Assembly: GCF_963506605.1 (NCBI RefSeq)
Contig: NC_083282.1
Coordinates: forward strand, 59,892,001-59,956,000
Length of the DNA stretch: 64,000 nt
Direction of reading: 5' to 3'
Origin: Zootoca vivipara
Lineage: Eukaryota
Shown here: piece by piece, positions 37,720 through 49,486 of the stretch
Layout: the number at the start of each line of letters is the position of its first letter
How positions within the stretch are numbered: position 1 is the stretch's first letter
Notes under the pieces: generated by a model
Database searches by the model: none
What the model was told of the DNA's origin: nothing
What the model saw: only the letters and a program-made list of their open reading frames with translations
Program-made: the position numbers and the translations under genes

Positions 37720-40700
37720 TTCAGAAAGAAGCCTCATCTCTCGTGCTAGTTTGCATAGGCAGAGAGGTGTGAAGCTAGGGGAGAACATTCAGACATGCAA
37801 TCCTACCCACATGCATATCTCAGGTGGTGCAACCACTTATCCTGCTAAATATTTGAATTAGATACATTTTCCAATCACAGTAGCTTCCAATGCTGTGATA
37901 TATCTCAGGTAGGTTTATATCCTTGGGCTTCTCAAGCATTGTACCCAAACGTTTCATAAGAGGGAAGCTATTTTGAGTTCCTGGATGACAACAGCTCTTC
38001 ACAACTATATAGCTGCTTATCTTCAGCATATTATCTTCCAGCTCCCTGTTTACTTTTGGCTGAGCTTACAGCACCTCCCATGGCAAGTCTAGAGAAGGTG
38101 TTGGTCTGAAATGAGATAGAAACTATGCAGATACGAGGAGTTCTCATGTGAGAGAAATAAGAGTTTTGTGCAACAAGAGAGATTGTTTGTTTTTGTGGTC
38201 AGTGACATCTTCTCTCTGCCTCTCTGCCCCCAAATGCATATACACGTATCAGTCGAAAGAATTCTGGGCCCTCATCCCTCGAGATATTATTCTTGACCAT
38301 ATTAATCAAGGGATTTTGAGTGGGTTGTCCAGCTGCTGCTGTTGGCTGTAAGAAAAAGGAAGTTCAAGAGTCAAACAGATACGGCTTTTTCTTTTCTTTT
38401 GCTTTGGGATTGACTTGACAAAATTGCTTTTAAAAACCAACAACAAGCAAGACATTAACCATTTAGAGAATTGAGATGACATCACCTTTCTAGTTAGATT
38501 GACAGGTAACCTTGTTTTTTAAATTAAGATACCGAGTTCAGTATTCACATGGACTTTGTACATGCATGAGTCATTATCTATATCTTTGCAATAAAGTGAA
38601 GGTCTTGTATGACTTGGGCATTTTATTGTCAGTATGTTCCAATACATCACAAAAGGGACCTTCTTTCCATAAACGTACTTGACTTTCCATGGTCTTCTGT
38701 AGTATGTCATTTAATCATTGTTATGATGGTCCATATCTTATCAAACTAATCAGCTATGGTTGGAGTGCTGTTTTGTAGGTCCTTGCAGCTGTCAAGAAGT
38801 TGACCGTTTCCAAATCCATGCCTAAAGTTAGCAGTTTCACATAACCTGGTATTAATATTTTAGGATCAAGTGAACCTTGATCATCGTAATGTGTAGAATA
38901 GCTTACTTAAGCCACATAGGTGTGCTATGCACTTACGGTGTGCAACTATGGGCAATTCCGACATAATGTACCTGGCTCACGTTGCTCTCTGCATATAGCA
39001 CAATGGCTTAATTGATATGGGATAATCTGATAAGGGTGTCTGAGAATGGAGAGTGCTGAGTTGTTGAAACCAAGCTTGATGACCTTCAAACACCTTTTAG
39101 CCCTCCGTGATCAGAAGCTTGCTTTGAGCAAGGCAGTATGCATGCACACACTGAGAGAGCTTTATTTCTGAAGACTGAGGCAAACAGTGCTCCTGATATA
39201 TTCACTGTTGCCGTTTACTGTTGGGGCACACCCAGGCTTCCTTTTGCACCACGCTTTACAGATCCAGGTCCACTGAACTGGAGCAAACGGTAATTCGCCA
39301 AAAACTCAATTGCCGCTTATGCCAATTCAGTAGCAAACGTGGATTTTCCCACCGGGACAAAAAAACATGCAAAAAACGCTCAAACACAGAAGTTTAAAGC
39401 CTAGATATGTGCCTTGAAATGTGGCACCAAAAGGCTGTCTGGATCGAGCCCATTGTTAAAGGACTGCCATTCATTACCCATAATATTTTTAGATGAGATT
39501 TATATACATGATGTGGCTGATCACGTTGCCAAGATCAGGATGAGTTACCATCTTAACATAGGTGGTGTCCAGTCCCTAATTAATCTGAACTAGAAGGTTT
39601 GTTGCTGATACCAGAGGTTTAGAACCCCCTTTGCAGATTCTGTATAATTGTGAGCTACTTCATAAGTTTAACCATGTTGGAGAGTCCTTCTGTACCTTGA
39701 CATACTGCATCACTACAAGCTTACATACCTACAAGCTTAGATAATGGCTCATTTTCTATGATCACAGTGGGCAACCTATAAAGCCTTTCATCAAGAAAGA
39801 TGCCAGGGCGGCGCTCTACCTGTTCTTTGGTCCTGATTTTTTTTTTGGCAGTTCATCAAAAGTCTCTTTAGGTTTACACTTAATAGCCAGGGTTTAAGCC
39901 ATAAATGATTTTAATTTACTTGTTTACTTGCTATTTTGTATCTTTCCTTGCTTTAAGACTGTTCCTTTTCTGGCTTTTTGGATGGGGAAGCATACAATTT
40001 CAAAGTAAATAGCTGTTCTTACTGAAGGCAGATGTTTTATACAGGGAGTCTTTAAATGCATTTGACTTGTTTGCAGTGGGGTGATAAAATATTACCATGC
40101 TTCTCTTTGGTGACTCATCCTAATAATCACTGTGTACTGGGTGTTGACTTTTGTGATAGTACTTGTTTTGCCTTATCATAGGTACATTTTAAAGCTAAAT
40201 GTGGAAGTGACTTTCCATTCAACCTTGAGCTATTCCGGTTAATTTGTTAACCTATTATGCATAACCTTGAAGGGAGAATCAAACAATGTCTGTAGATTGA
40301 TCGGTCCATAACAGCTTAAGCTACACACTTACTTGGCAATACAATGTCCATTTGTTGCTAATCTTCATCGTTCAGAGGTCAGGTTGGCACTCCAGCCCTA
40401 TGTGTAGTGGGTGCCCCCTCCCCAACTCTTGCTGCATTTCAAGCTTTCAGTGTAAACAGTCTGAGAAATTAATCCACGGTGAAGTGTCTGTGTTAGGGCT
40501 GGACGATATCTGGTTTTTAACATCAGCTAAACTATGTCTGAAATAAGAATGGAGCCATGTAGAGGCATTGGCTGGCTTCACGGTTTTCTCCGCATTGTGA
40601 TGTTTGCATAGGAAAGCAAGATTGTTTAGCTTGCAAAATGTCCCATGTTTCCCCTTTGAATCTCAGGAGCAGAGCATATACTTTTCAGGCCAAAAGTTCC

Positions 40701-42089
40701 AGGGTCAATCCTTGATATCTCTATACAGGCCTGAAAAAAGGCTCCAGAGAACCTTAAGGATGATGTAAATAAGTGCTCTTGCTCTGTGTTGTGTTTGCTG
40801 GATTGTTTTATGATATGAGTTTAGTTGCCTTGGCTGAAATAGCGGGGAGGGGGATCAATAAATGGAGCAATAGCAGAATTAGGGAAGCAAGGGTGTTAGC
40901 TTGGAAACCCTGACGACATTTTTGAATGGTATTTGGCCTTCCAGTTAAAAGATCAGAATAGCTTGATAAAATAGACTGATCTCAGCTCAGCTTTGTTTTC
41001 TCTTGATTGAGTTAGGAAGGGGTGTTCTCATTCTTTGCCTTGAAGTGAGTTCAGCATGACCTCATGCACACACAAGTTAACTGACTCTGTTGCCACTACT
41101 TTCTTGATCTTGTGCAGTTAATCTGTATCTCTGGAATATAAAGTCTTCAGAGGACCCTCCAGGCAATTAATCTCTTCACTTTCCTTGCATTGGAAATGGT
41201 CACCACCGAGTGACCAATATGTTTGTGAACTTTCCACACTTCTGTGGAATAGATCTGTGGGGTTTGTGCCGCCTCGTTTCTGATGATCTAGATGCCACAA
41301 AAGGTTTTTCCTGGGTTGCATTTCTTTCTGTTATTCATCACCTTGCAAGTCAGCAACCTTCATTGGTTGTCCTTTTTCTGTTAATCTTGCAGAGAACTTC
41401 ATAGAGAAACTGTGTAGTAACACCCAGAATTTGATGAAGCAAAGTACTGTAACAGGATAAAATGAACATGGCAGCAACTCACCTGTTGGTGAAATCTGCT
41501 ACTTTGTAGCTAATATTGATACATAATGCAGGCAAACCAATAGTTATACTTGGACAGGGTAAACTTTATTCTTCCTTGGCTCAGAAGGCCCCTCAACGAA
41601 TCATCAGGATAATTGCCGTAAATTTATTACCACCCTTCACCAGCAGATCCCACGGTTAGTTAAAACAGTATAAAATTCAGAAATGAAAACAGATGAAACA
41701 GAATAGTCTCAGGAATAGAGTGGACCCTGTCAAAGGCCAGCATTCTCAAAAAGTTGTGTAGTAAAGAAGCTGGAAATCAGATCAAGTTTTTAAGAAAGAA
41801 TGGAACTCATTTATAGTATATTTACAAAGTTATTATAAACAAATAAAGACGTTAGTGGGGTTAAAGCAAACAATGTGCAGTAAAAAAACAACAACAACAT
41901 ATAAGTAACATAGAGGGTAAATAACAATGTAGTATAATTTGGATATGCAGTAAATTAAAATATAAACAAGGAGCCACAGAAAAAGGGTGTGGGGAGTCAA
42001 AATAAGAGAATGATTGTCTGTGATTTAAATTTATTTTTATTTTGTATATTGTAAAAGCTTATAAATAAAATAAAAAAATAAAAATAAGA

Positions 42090-42540
42090 ATGCCTTGTCC
42101 CATACCACCACCACCCAAACTTCTGAGCAAGGTAGAACTACCAAGAAAGCCCTCTACTGATCTTAACACTTAGAGGATCTAGGGCAGCCTTTCAGATATT
42201 TAGGACTAAGCCATTTAGGGCTTTACACACTTGCTTGAGCTCCTGAATTGGGTCTGGAAACGAGCTGGCAGCCAAATAGCCAATGCAGCTGTTTTGTACA
42301 GGGTTTATATGAGTTCCATAGGAATCTTCAGCCAATATTGTGGCTGCTGCATTTTGTGCCTGTTGAAGTTTCTGAGTTGTCTTCAAGGGCAGCCCCACAT
42401 AGAGCACATTGCAACAATCTGATCTGGAAGTTACTGGAGCATGGAATACCATGGCTAAGTCATCTCTTTCCAAAAGGGGCTGTAGCTGGCAAACCAACCA
42501 TAGTTGGAAATAGACACTCCTAACCACCAAGGCCACCTGG
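42090..42540 (-). mobile_element. Degenerate L2-clade LINE ORF2 fragment
   Basis: Translation LAMVFHAPVTSRSDCCNVLYVGLPLKTTQKLQQAQNAAATIL. Confidence 0.8.
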
Positions 42541-42802
42541 AATGTTGGAAGGCCAGAAAATGCCGTGGTCTCTTAGCTTTGCCATGTTTGCATTGTTTTT
42601 GCTAAAAATCACAAGTCACTTTGAAATGGGGGTGATTCATTGGTAATTTCCTTATAGCTATGTAATTTGCTGTTTGTAGGGGAATGAGTAGCAGATGCCT
42701 TTGGAACGAAGAGTTTCAGTAGTTGCCTTTTCTCTTCTGTTAGCTTTCCCTATGAATGGAACATGGTGTAGTCTCAGGGCCATTAATTCATCACATTTTC
42801 TG

Positions 42803-42804
<2 letters not shown>

Positions 42805-42845
<41 letters not shown>
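42805..42845. repeat. (GT)n microsatellite; a second tract lies at about 42940-42963
   Basis: About 20 GT units. Confidence 0.95.
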
Positions 42846-42847
<2 letters not shown>

Positions 42848-44206
42848 CAGCAAGTCCTGAGTTATGTTCTTGCTGAAATCTAAGTGACACTGGACAAGTT
42901 TCACTCTAGGGATAGTTGCTACTGAGGTCCCCTGTGATATGTGTGTGTGTGTGTGTGTGTGTGATTTACATATAGATGATTTTTGACTTAATTTTTAGCA
43001 TATCGTTTCCTTTGGTACTAAAACGCTAAAGCACATTTTAAGGGAAAGGATATGGATGAGGCCTAGAAACAGAAGAGAGTAGAGCTACTACTGCAGGATC
43101 AAAAGCCAAAAATTAGCTTTCTCCATAAGTCTTTTTAAAATATATTACTTCATTTTTGGCATAGTTAATAGTTAAGACAAAGATCACTTTGTACAAACAA
43201 CAATATTCAGTTCAGACATGATGCTAAGCTAGGGATCATGGTTTGTTACTCACGTTCAGGCTGGGGAAGAATGCAGCGAGAGCCATCTGCACATTTATAG
43301 TAAACCATTAACTATGGCTTACCATGAAGTGTGAATGCAGCCATTCTGTCACTACCCCCCCCCCACACTTTTTTGCTATTTGAGAAGTAGAAAGAAGCAG
43401 ATTCATTATGCTTCATATTTTCCCCCAGGAAGCTGGAAACAACAGCCACCCAATGAAGCACTTAAATCTGCCATGTGCATGGCTTTTTGATCCCTGAACC
43501 TACTTGATCTAAACACTTGAAACACAAAATGAAATAAATGGTGCAAAATTGATTTCATTGCCAACAAAGAGTTTATGAAAATCTACCAACCTTTTCTTTT
43601 CAATTGTGCATGTTTCCCCAAACAGTAACTCTGCCAGCCACAGCTCAGCATGAGCTGCAAGAATTAATTAACAAATGAAAATCCTGGCATTTACCATTAT
43701 CACTGGCAGAGCTGTTTGTCAGAGGTTGCATTCCTTGCAGACCCATCTGATCAGAAACAGCCTTTCTGTACAGGTTCTAGTTGCCTTATCTATCTATTTG
43801 TTTTTTAAATATACACTTAATTCATTTTTGCCTGGGAATCACTTGCCTTGAATTCAGTAGGACTACTTTTGAGTAGAATTAATTAGAACTGCATTGTTTC
43901 TCATCTGAGTAAGATACTGATTGTACATCTGCAAGGCAAACTAGAAAGATGGAACTTTTATGTAGCCAAATGCATACAGGTTTTAAACAGAACGGGAAAT
44001 TCCTCCTCTGTAGTCTCTGTACAGTGACGCCAATGGGATCTGGGCTTCTGCACACTCAGAACTGTGACTATACTGGTAACCACTCGAATGTCACTAGTTG
44101 CAGGTAAGAAATCTGTCATTGGTAAATACCTTTCTCTAGCAGCTATCACTGGGTGAAGTTAGAATAGCCTTTTAGCTAGGTCCTGTTCCTGGCAAATTCT
44201 GAGTGA

Positions 44207-44266
<60 letters not shown>
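44207..44266. repeat. (AAT)n microsatellite
   Basis: About 20 perfect units. Confidence 0.97.
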
Positions 44267-44268
<2 letters not shown>

Positions 44269-46541
44269 CAAGAAGTGGCTTTTGGCCTTTACTTGTATGG
44301 CTTTAGTATTGTGACATATTGCTAACCCCTCTGTTAAGTGTGAATTTTATGAACTAACAGTATCTTGCACAGCAAATGCATTTACTCAGCATGCACATCT
44401 AGGGTGAGATTAGATATACACTTGTCCTCCATATGTGGCCCCTGTAATGTCTTTTAAGCAAAAATGATGAAGTGACACCTCTGGGCTTTTCCCCCTGCCT
44501 CCATAAATGGCACCCATTGAAATGGACCAAGGAAAGGGACATTCAGAGTGCAGTCATATATGGAGAGAGCGAGAGCGGCTGTGAGAATTTGTGGACAGAG
44601 TGCTAAACAATTTGCTTCGAGCCCCTCTCGGCCACAAATGTTCAAATGCATAAATGTCTATAAGTATTCCAAATCAAAATAATAATTCAAACGCCTAACC
44701 AAAAGTTGCTTTTGTGGAGAGAAATTGTTCGTGTAATTTCATCTGTTTGTCCATTTGGCCCATTTCCAACATCCTAAATAACCGGTTTCAGTGGTAGGAA
44801 TTGTAGATCTTCCCCCCTCCCCACCCGAAAATACAAATTAAGTACTATCATGACTGCTTTTGCATTCTTTCCCAGGCATATACATATTTAGCAGCATTAG
44901 GACACCAGATCTCTAATCAATTGCTGTTTGTGAAATGTGAGCCCTGCAAGTTTGAACTTCAGAGCAACTCCAAAGCACACAACATAAAACTGTATCTTAT
45001 CAATTTGCAACGTCAATAGAGGCTGGGGCTAGATGGTTTTGCTCTGTTTCATAACAGTCACGTATCTTCTGCAATGTCTAATCCCACCCCTTGTCAAGAG
45101 ATAAAATACAAAACAAATGCTATTGTATTCTGTCTTCTTAAAAAAGCACTTTGCTCTTCAGAAGTAGTAAGGTGAGAACGACCTTTTATCCTCATCTGTG
45201 CACCATTGCACACATTGCAGGCCATGTTAATTGGGCTGTCATGTCTATCTCTGCACACTCTCCCCTACCTACCTAAGGTGGGAGGGACTTTCTGCCTGAA
45301 ATGGGCAGTGACCTGTCTCTGTTCATTCTTATTTTTCCCCATTGTTGCATGACACCTGTGGTTCATGTTGGATATTCCTGTAGTGGTGTAGTAGGGTGGA
45401 CTTCAGCACTTTGCTCTCTGCTGTGGTGGGCTTTAAATGATTTTCTACCTTCACTAGGAAAAGAAGCAAATAGAGCTAAGAATGAAATGCAAAGCATAGC
45501 TACAAGTGCCCAATAAAGTGTATATGTATAGTCCTTTATGTAAGTGGTTTGCAAACTAACCTTGTGATATATCTCTAGCTATCTCCATCATTGTGAACTT
45601 GATCTTTGAATCGTGCTAAAGCAGAACCACGGCATATTAAAGGAACAAGCAGTGCTGCACTTGGGAAACTAGGGGAGGCTTAAAGAAGTGCAACATCTGA
45701 TAGAAGGGAAAACATGATGATTCTGCTCTAGAAGTGCCGATGATTGTAAAGAAAGAGAGCTGCCTGACTCCAGGGGTAAACGTACATATTAGAAGAGGCA
45801 GAGAACGGATGCATCCTCCACTTTGGGCCCAGAATAACTGAATAGCAGAGGAGGAGCCAGCAATCCATTTAGGCTTTAATCTTGCAATGATGCGTGGGAA
45901 GAGAGAATAGTTGCCGTTTCCCTCTTTAAAATACATGTGAGGGGGCCTGATTATTCTTCGCCTTGTCACTCGCATGTGTCTTAAAGGAGAAAGCTGATGC
46001 ACTATACTTTTATTTTGGAATAGAATTCCCAGGGAGATGTTGCCCTGTAAGACAGTACTAACACTTACCCCACCATCTAAATTTATTTCTATTATTCTGA
46101 ACTTGGGAAAATGGCCAGAAAATGATAGTGAAAGGAAAATAACACCTGCAGATCTTTTAAGCAAATGGATTGAATAACTTCACGCTGGCAGTGAAACGTT
46201 TAGAATCCAACTAAAGGATTATCTGTGAATTGGTGCCATGAAAGTCTTCACCAGCTCATGAGATGTGGTGGCAGAGTGAAATCCGGACATTTCTACCTTG
46301 ATAGGAATGCCTGAAATATTTTACCAAATTAGCGCTGGCGTGAAAATATTAATTACTTAATTAAATGAAGAATACTGCTTAATGCCAATATGGCGTCAGT
46401 GATGAATTAAACATAAGAACCAATTATTACAAGACAACAAAACAATCCCATCAAAACATTAAAATATAGATGTCCATGATTAAAATATGCAGTAAAATGA
46501 TCTCTTTAAACAGCCCAACAATAGTCACTTGAGTCTTGTTA

Positions 46542-46583
46542 ATGGCTGGGGGAACCCAGCCAGATAGGCGGGGGTAGAAATAA

Positions 46584-46638
<55 letters not shown>
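46542..46638 (+). mobile_element. LINE 3' tail with (TTA)n microsatellite
   Basis: tggctgggggaacccagccagataggcggggg matches 20651-20690, followed by about 18 TTA units. Confidence 0.75.
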
Positions 46639-46859
46639 GCATTTTATGCCAAATGCCAAGCTACGTTGACACTTAGGGCAAAACTGGACATAATGGCAGC
46701 AGGCCAGTGTTTTCAAATGTGAACCTTCCTGGTCGCACAGACAAATACAGAAATTCTGGTTTTACTCCCCAATCCTTCCTGCACCCCTGCTTACCTCCCT
46801 GCAATTCATCTCATCCCTCCCTAAATGTTTTCACCCAGCTGAGGAAGCTTCAGTATATG

Positions 46860-46955
46860 CGTGCATCTGAAGAAGTGTGCATGCACACGAAAGCTCATAC
46901 CAAAATATAAACTTAGTTGGTCTTTAAGGTGCTACTGAAGGAATTTTTTTATTTT
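46860..46955 (+). mobile_element. PLE terminal fragment carrying a hammerhead core
   Basis: 13-bp TSD gcttcagtatatg (46847-59 / 46956-68); CTGAAGA(46867)AGTGTGCATGCACACGAAAGCTC^ATAC; matches the reverse complement of about 15910-16005. Confidence 0.82.
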
Positions 46956-47222
46956 GCTTCAGTATATGAGTTCAGCTAAGGAGAACATTGCTTTTCAGTG
47001 TTTGGGGTGCTGGGGTGACGTGGGTGAGGGGTTGGTGAGGTTGGTTGCTAGCAAGGATGATTCTTCACTCATCAGCTACTCTCACACCTTTTGCTGTTAA
47101 AACTGGACCTCCGGGCCCACTTTTTCTATATTTCTGGGATGGTTCCATGTTTTAGACACATTGAACTGGTGCCGCAGCTTCTAGTTTGGCCTTCAAAGCA
47201 CTAGGTCTGCCATCCGTTAAAC

Positions 47223-47347
47223 CAGGTATGGAGAACCTGTGAATTTCCACATGTTGTTGGACTACAGCTCCCATCATCCCTGACCAATCTGGCAGGAGGT
47301 AGCAGGAGTTCAGTAATAACTGGAGCTCCACAGGCCCCCCAGCCCTG
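47223..47347. mobile_element. Degenerate hAT-Charlie-like MITE
   Basis: caggtatggagaacctgtg..atgttgttggactacagctcccatc. Confidence 0.55.
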
Positions 47348-47950
47348 CATTAGGCAGTTTGGATTGTCACATGAGACTTCAGTGCACAGTAAGGCTGTGC
47401 TGTGTAAAAGAGTTTTAATTGTTAATTTGACAGCACTATGCTATGTTTTCTGAACTGCTGAGGAAAACACTGGTAGAAACTGAATTTTTTCCTTTTTGTT
47501 ATCTTTTTTGCAAACTTATTTGCCCTATTGTTTTGCTGCCTAAAATCACTTTGCTAAACCCCCAAACACTGAATTTTAATATAAATGTGCTTTTCATTGC
47601 ATCCAGTACTGTAAGAGAGAGGGGACACTAGGCCTTGCAACCTTCACAAGTTTCGTAGAGCTGTTTATCCATCAGCTCCTACACTTTGTAAAGAGGTTCA
47701 AAATATTTCCTAGCAATTTTTGAGAGCTACATAGAGCAGGTAAAATGTAGGCAAAATGTTTTCATATATCGTCTCTTCTACCTGACTTCCTATGGCTTTG
47801 AGCATCTGATTCACCATTTTCAAAATTTGCAGGAATCTGAGCTGCCTTTCTCGCACACTTTATAAACAACCAAAATAGCAAATCCAAGGAAAGCCTTGAA
47901 ACAAATATGTCGAGATTCCTGAAATAAAAAGAGACTTTTAAATACCATTA

Positions 47951-48307
47951 CAGTGGTACCTTGGTTTAAGAACAGCTTAGTTTATGAACAACTTGGATTA
48001 AGAACGCTGCAATCCTGGAAGTAGGTGTTTTGCTTTGTGAACTTTGCCTTGGAATAAGAACACGTTTCGCTTCCTGTTGAGTGTGTTCCATTTTTGTAAA
48101 TTGAGTCCCCCGCTGCTATGGGAAAGCACACCTTGGTTTAAGAACACTTTGGTTAAAAAAAACTAAGTCTCTAAGGTGCTACTGAAAGGAATTTTTTTAT
48201 TTTGTTTCGACTACGTCAGACCAACATGGCTACCTACATGTAACTAGAGCTTTGTTTTAAGAACGGACTTTCGGAACGGATTAAATTCGTAAACCAAGGT
48301 ACCACTG
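47951..48307. mobile_element. Tigger/pogo-like MITE containing a nested PLE fragment
   Basis: 18-bp perfect TIR cagtggtaccttggttta, TA flanks. Confidence 0.9.
48161..48249 (+). mobile_element. PLE 3' tail fragment (hammerhead not included)
   Basis: ctaaggtgctactgaaaggaatttttttattttg..tcagaccaacatggctacctac is the reverse complement of about 15880-15950. Confidence 0.75.
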
Positions 48308-48334
48308 TAGTCTGTTTTTCTACTACAAATAATT

Positions 48335-48503
48335 CATGGCATACAATTTCTCCCACTTTCTCCAGTATTTTCTTCTCACCACAGCCCTCTGAAATAGGTT
48401 GGGCTGAGAGATGGAGCCTGGCCCAAAGTCACCCATTGAGCTTTGTGGATGAATGAGGATTTGAATCTTGGTCTTCCAGGTTTTAGTCTGAACCACACTG
48501 GCT
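48335..48503 (-). mobile_element. MIR/CORE-like tRNA SINE remnant
   Basis: ggttgggctgagaga..tggcccaaagtcacccattgagcttt..gatttgaatcttggtcttcc..ccacactggct. Confidence 0.6.
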
Positions 48504-49134
48504 GTCTAGTTGACATTATTAGACCGTCAAATGGGGGTTTTTCTACTAATGACCTTGGTGTACATTATAGTTGTAATGGTTTTAGCTTAGGTTTAATGTA
48601 GTGGCAAACCTTGCTCTACCCAGGATTTATACGATCAAGGCACCGCTGTTCCCAAGCTGTTCCTTTCAGTGGGACGTGCATATTTTAGGCCACTGGCGTA
48701 CAGCCTGAGTACATGGAATGATGCTTATGTGTAGCTCTTGGCCATGTCTTGTATACTTGGAATTTAATTCTATTTCAAAAATAGAAAACATACCAAAGAA
48801 GGATCCTTTTTAAGTACATTGATTTGTTGAATGTGGTGAGATAGTGTGTCTTATTGTTAAGTACCGATTCCCCTTTCTTCTATTGTATAGTCTGTGCACA
48901 AGAGTAGCCTACTGGTAATTTGGTTTCTGATTGTGTGTGTGTGTGAAGGATGGACTCCCTTAGAGTCAAACAAGCTTGATGGAATTTGTTGCAAAATGCA
49001 ATACTGTTCAAAGCATAGCTGCTGCTTCTCCTTCCCCCTTCCCCAAAGGAGCTCTTCTAGACTGTATCCTTGGGTAACCGAGGAGCCCATTGGCACTGTG
49101 AAATGCAATTATTCTGCGCCTTACATTTTTGCTA

Positions 49135-49486
49135 CAGGGGCACAGGTGGCGCTGTGGGTTAAACCACAGAGCCTAGGGCTTGCCGATCATAAGGTTGGTG
49201 GTTCAAATCCCCGTGACAAGGTGAGCTCCTGTTGTTCAGCCCCAGCTCATGTCAACCTAGCAGTTCGAAAGCACGTCAAAGTGCAAGTAGATAAATAGGT
49301 ACCGCTACAGTGGGAAGGTAAACAGCGTTTCTGTGTGCTGCTCTGGTTCGCCAAAAGCGGCTTTGTCATGCTGGCCACATGACCTGGAAGCTGTACGCCG
49401 GCTCCCTCGGCCAATAATGCGAGATGAACGCCGCAACCCCAGAGTCTGTCACGACTGGACCTAATGGTCAGGGGTCCCTTTACCTT
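49135..49486 (+). mobile_element. Sauria SINE, full length
   Basis: Head ggggcacaggtggcgctgtgggttaaacc, tail ggggtccctttacctt; 14-bp TSD ttacatttttgcta (49121-34 / 49487-500). Confidence 0.93.

Noticed and set aside
45637-46164. 175-aa minus-strand ORF
   Set aside because: No recognisable motif, non-ATG start, no supporting splice structure.
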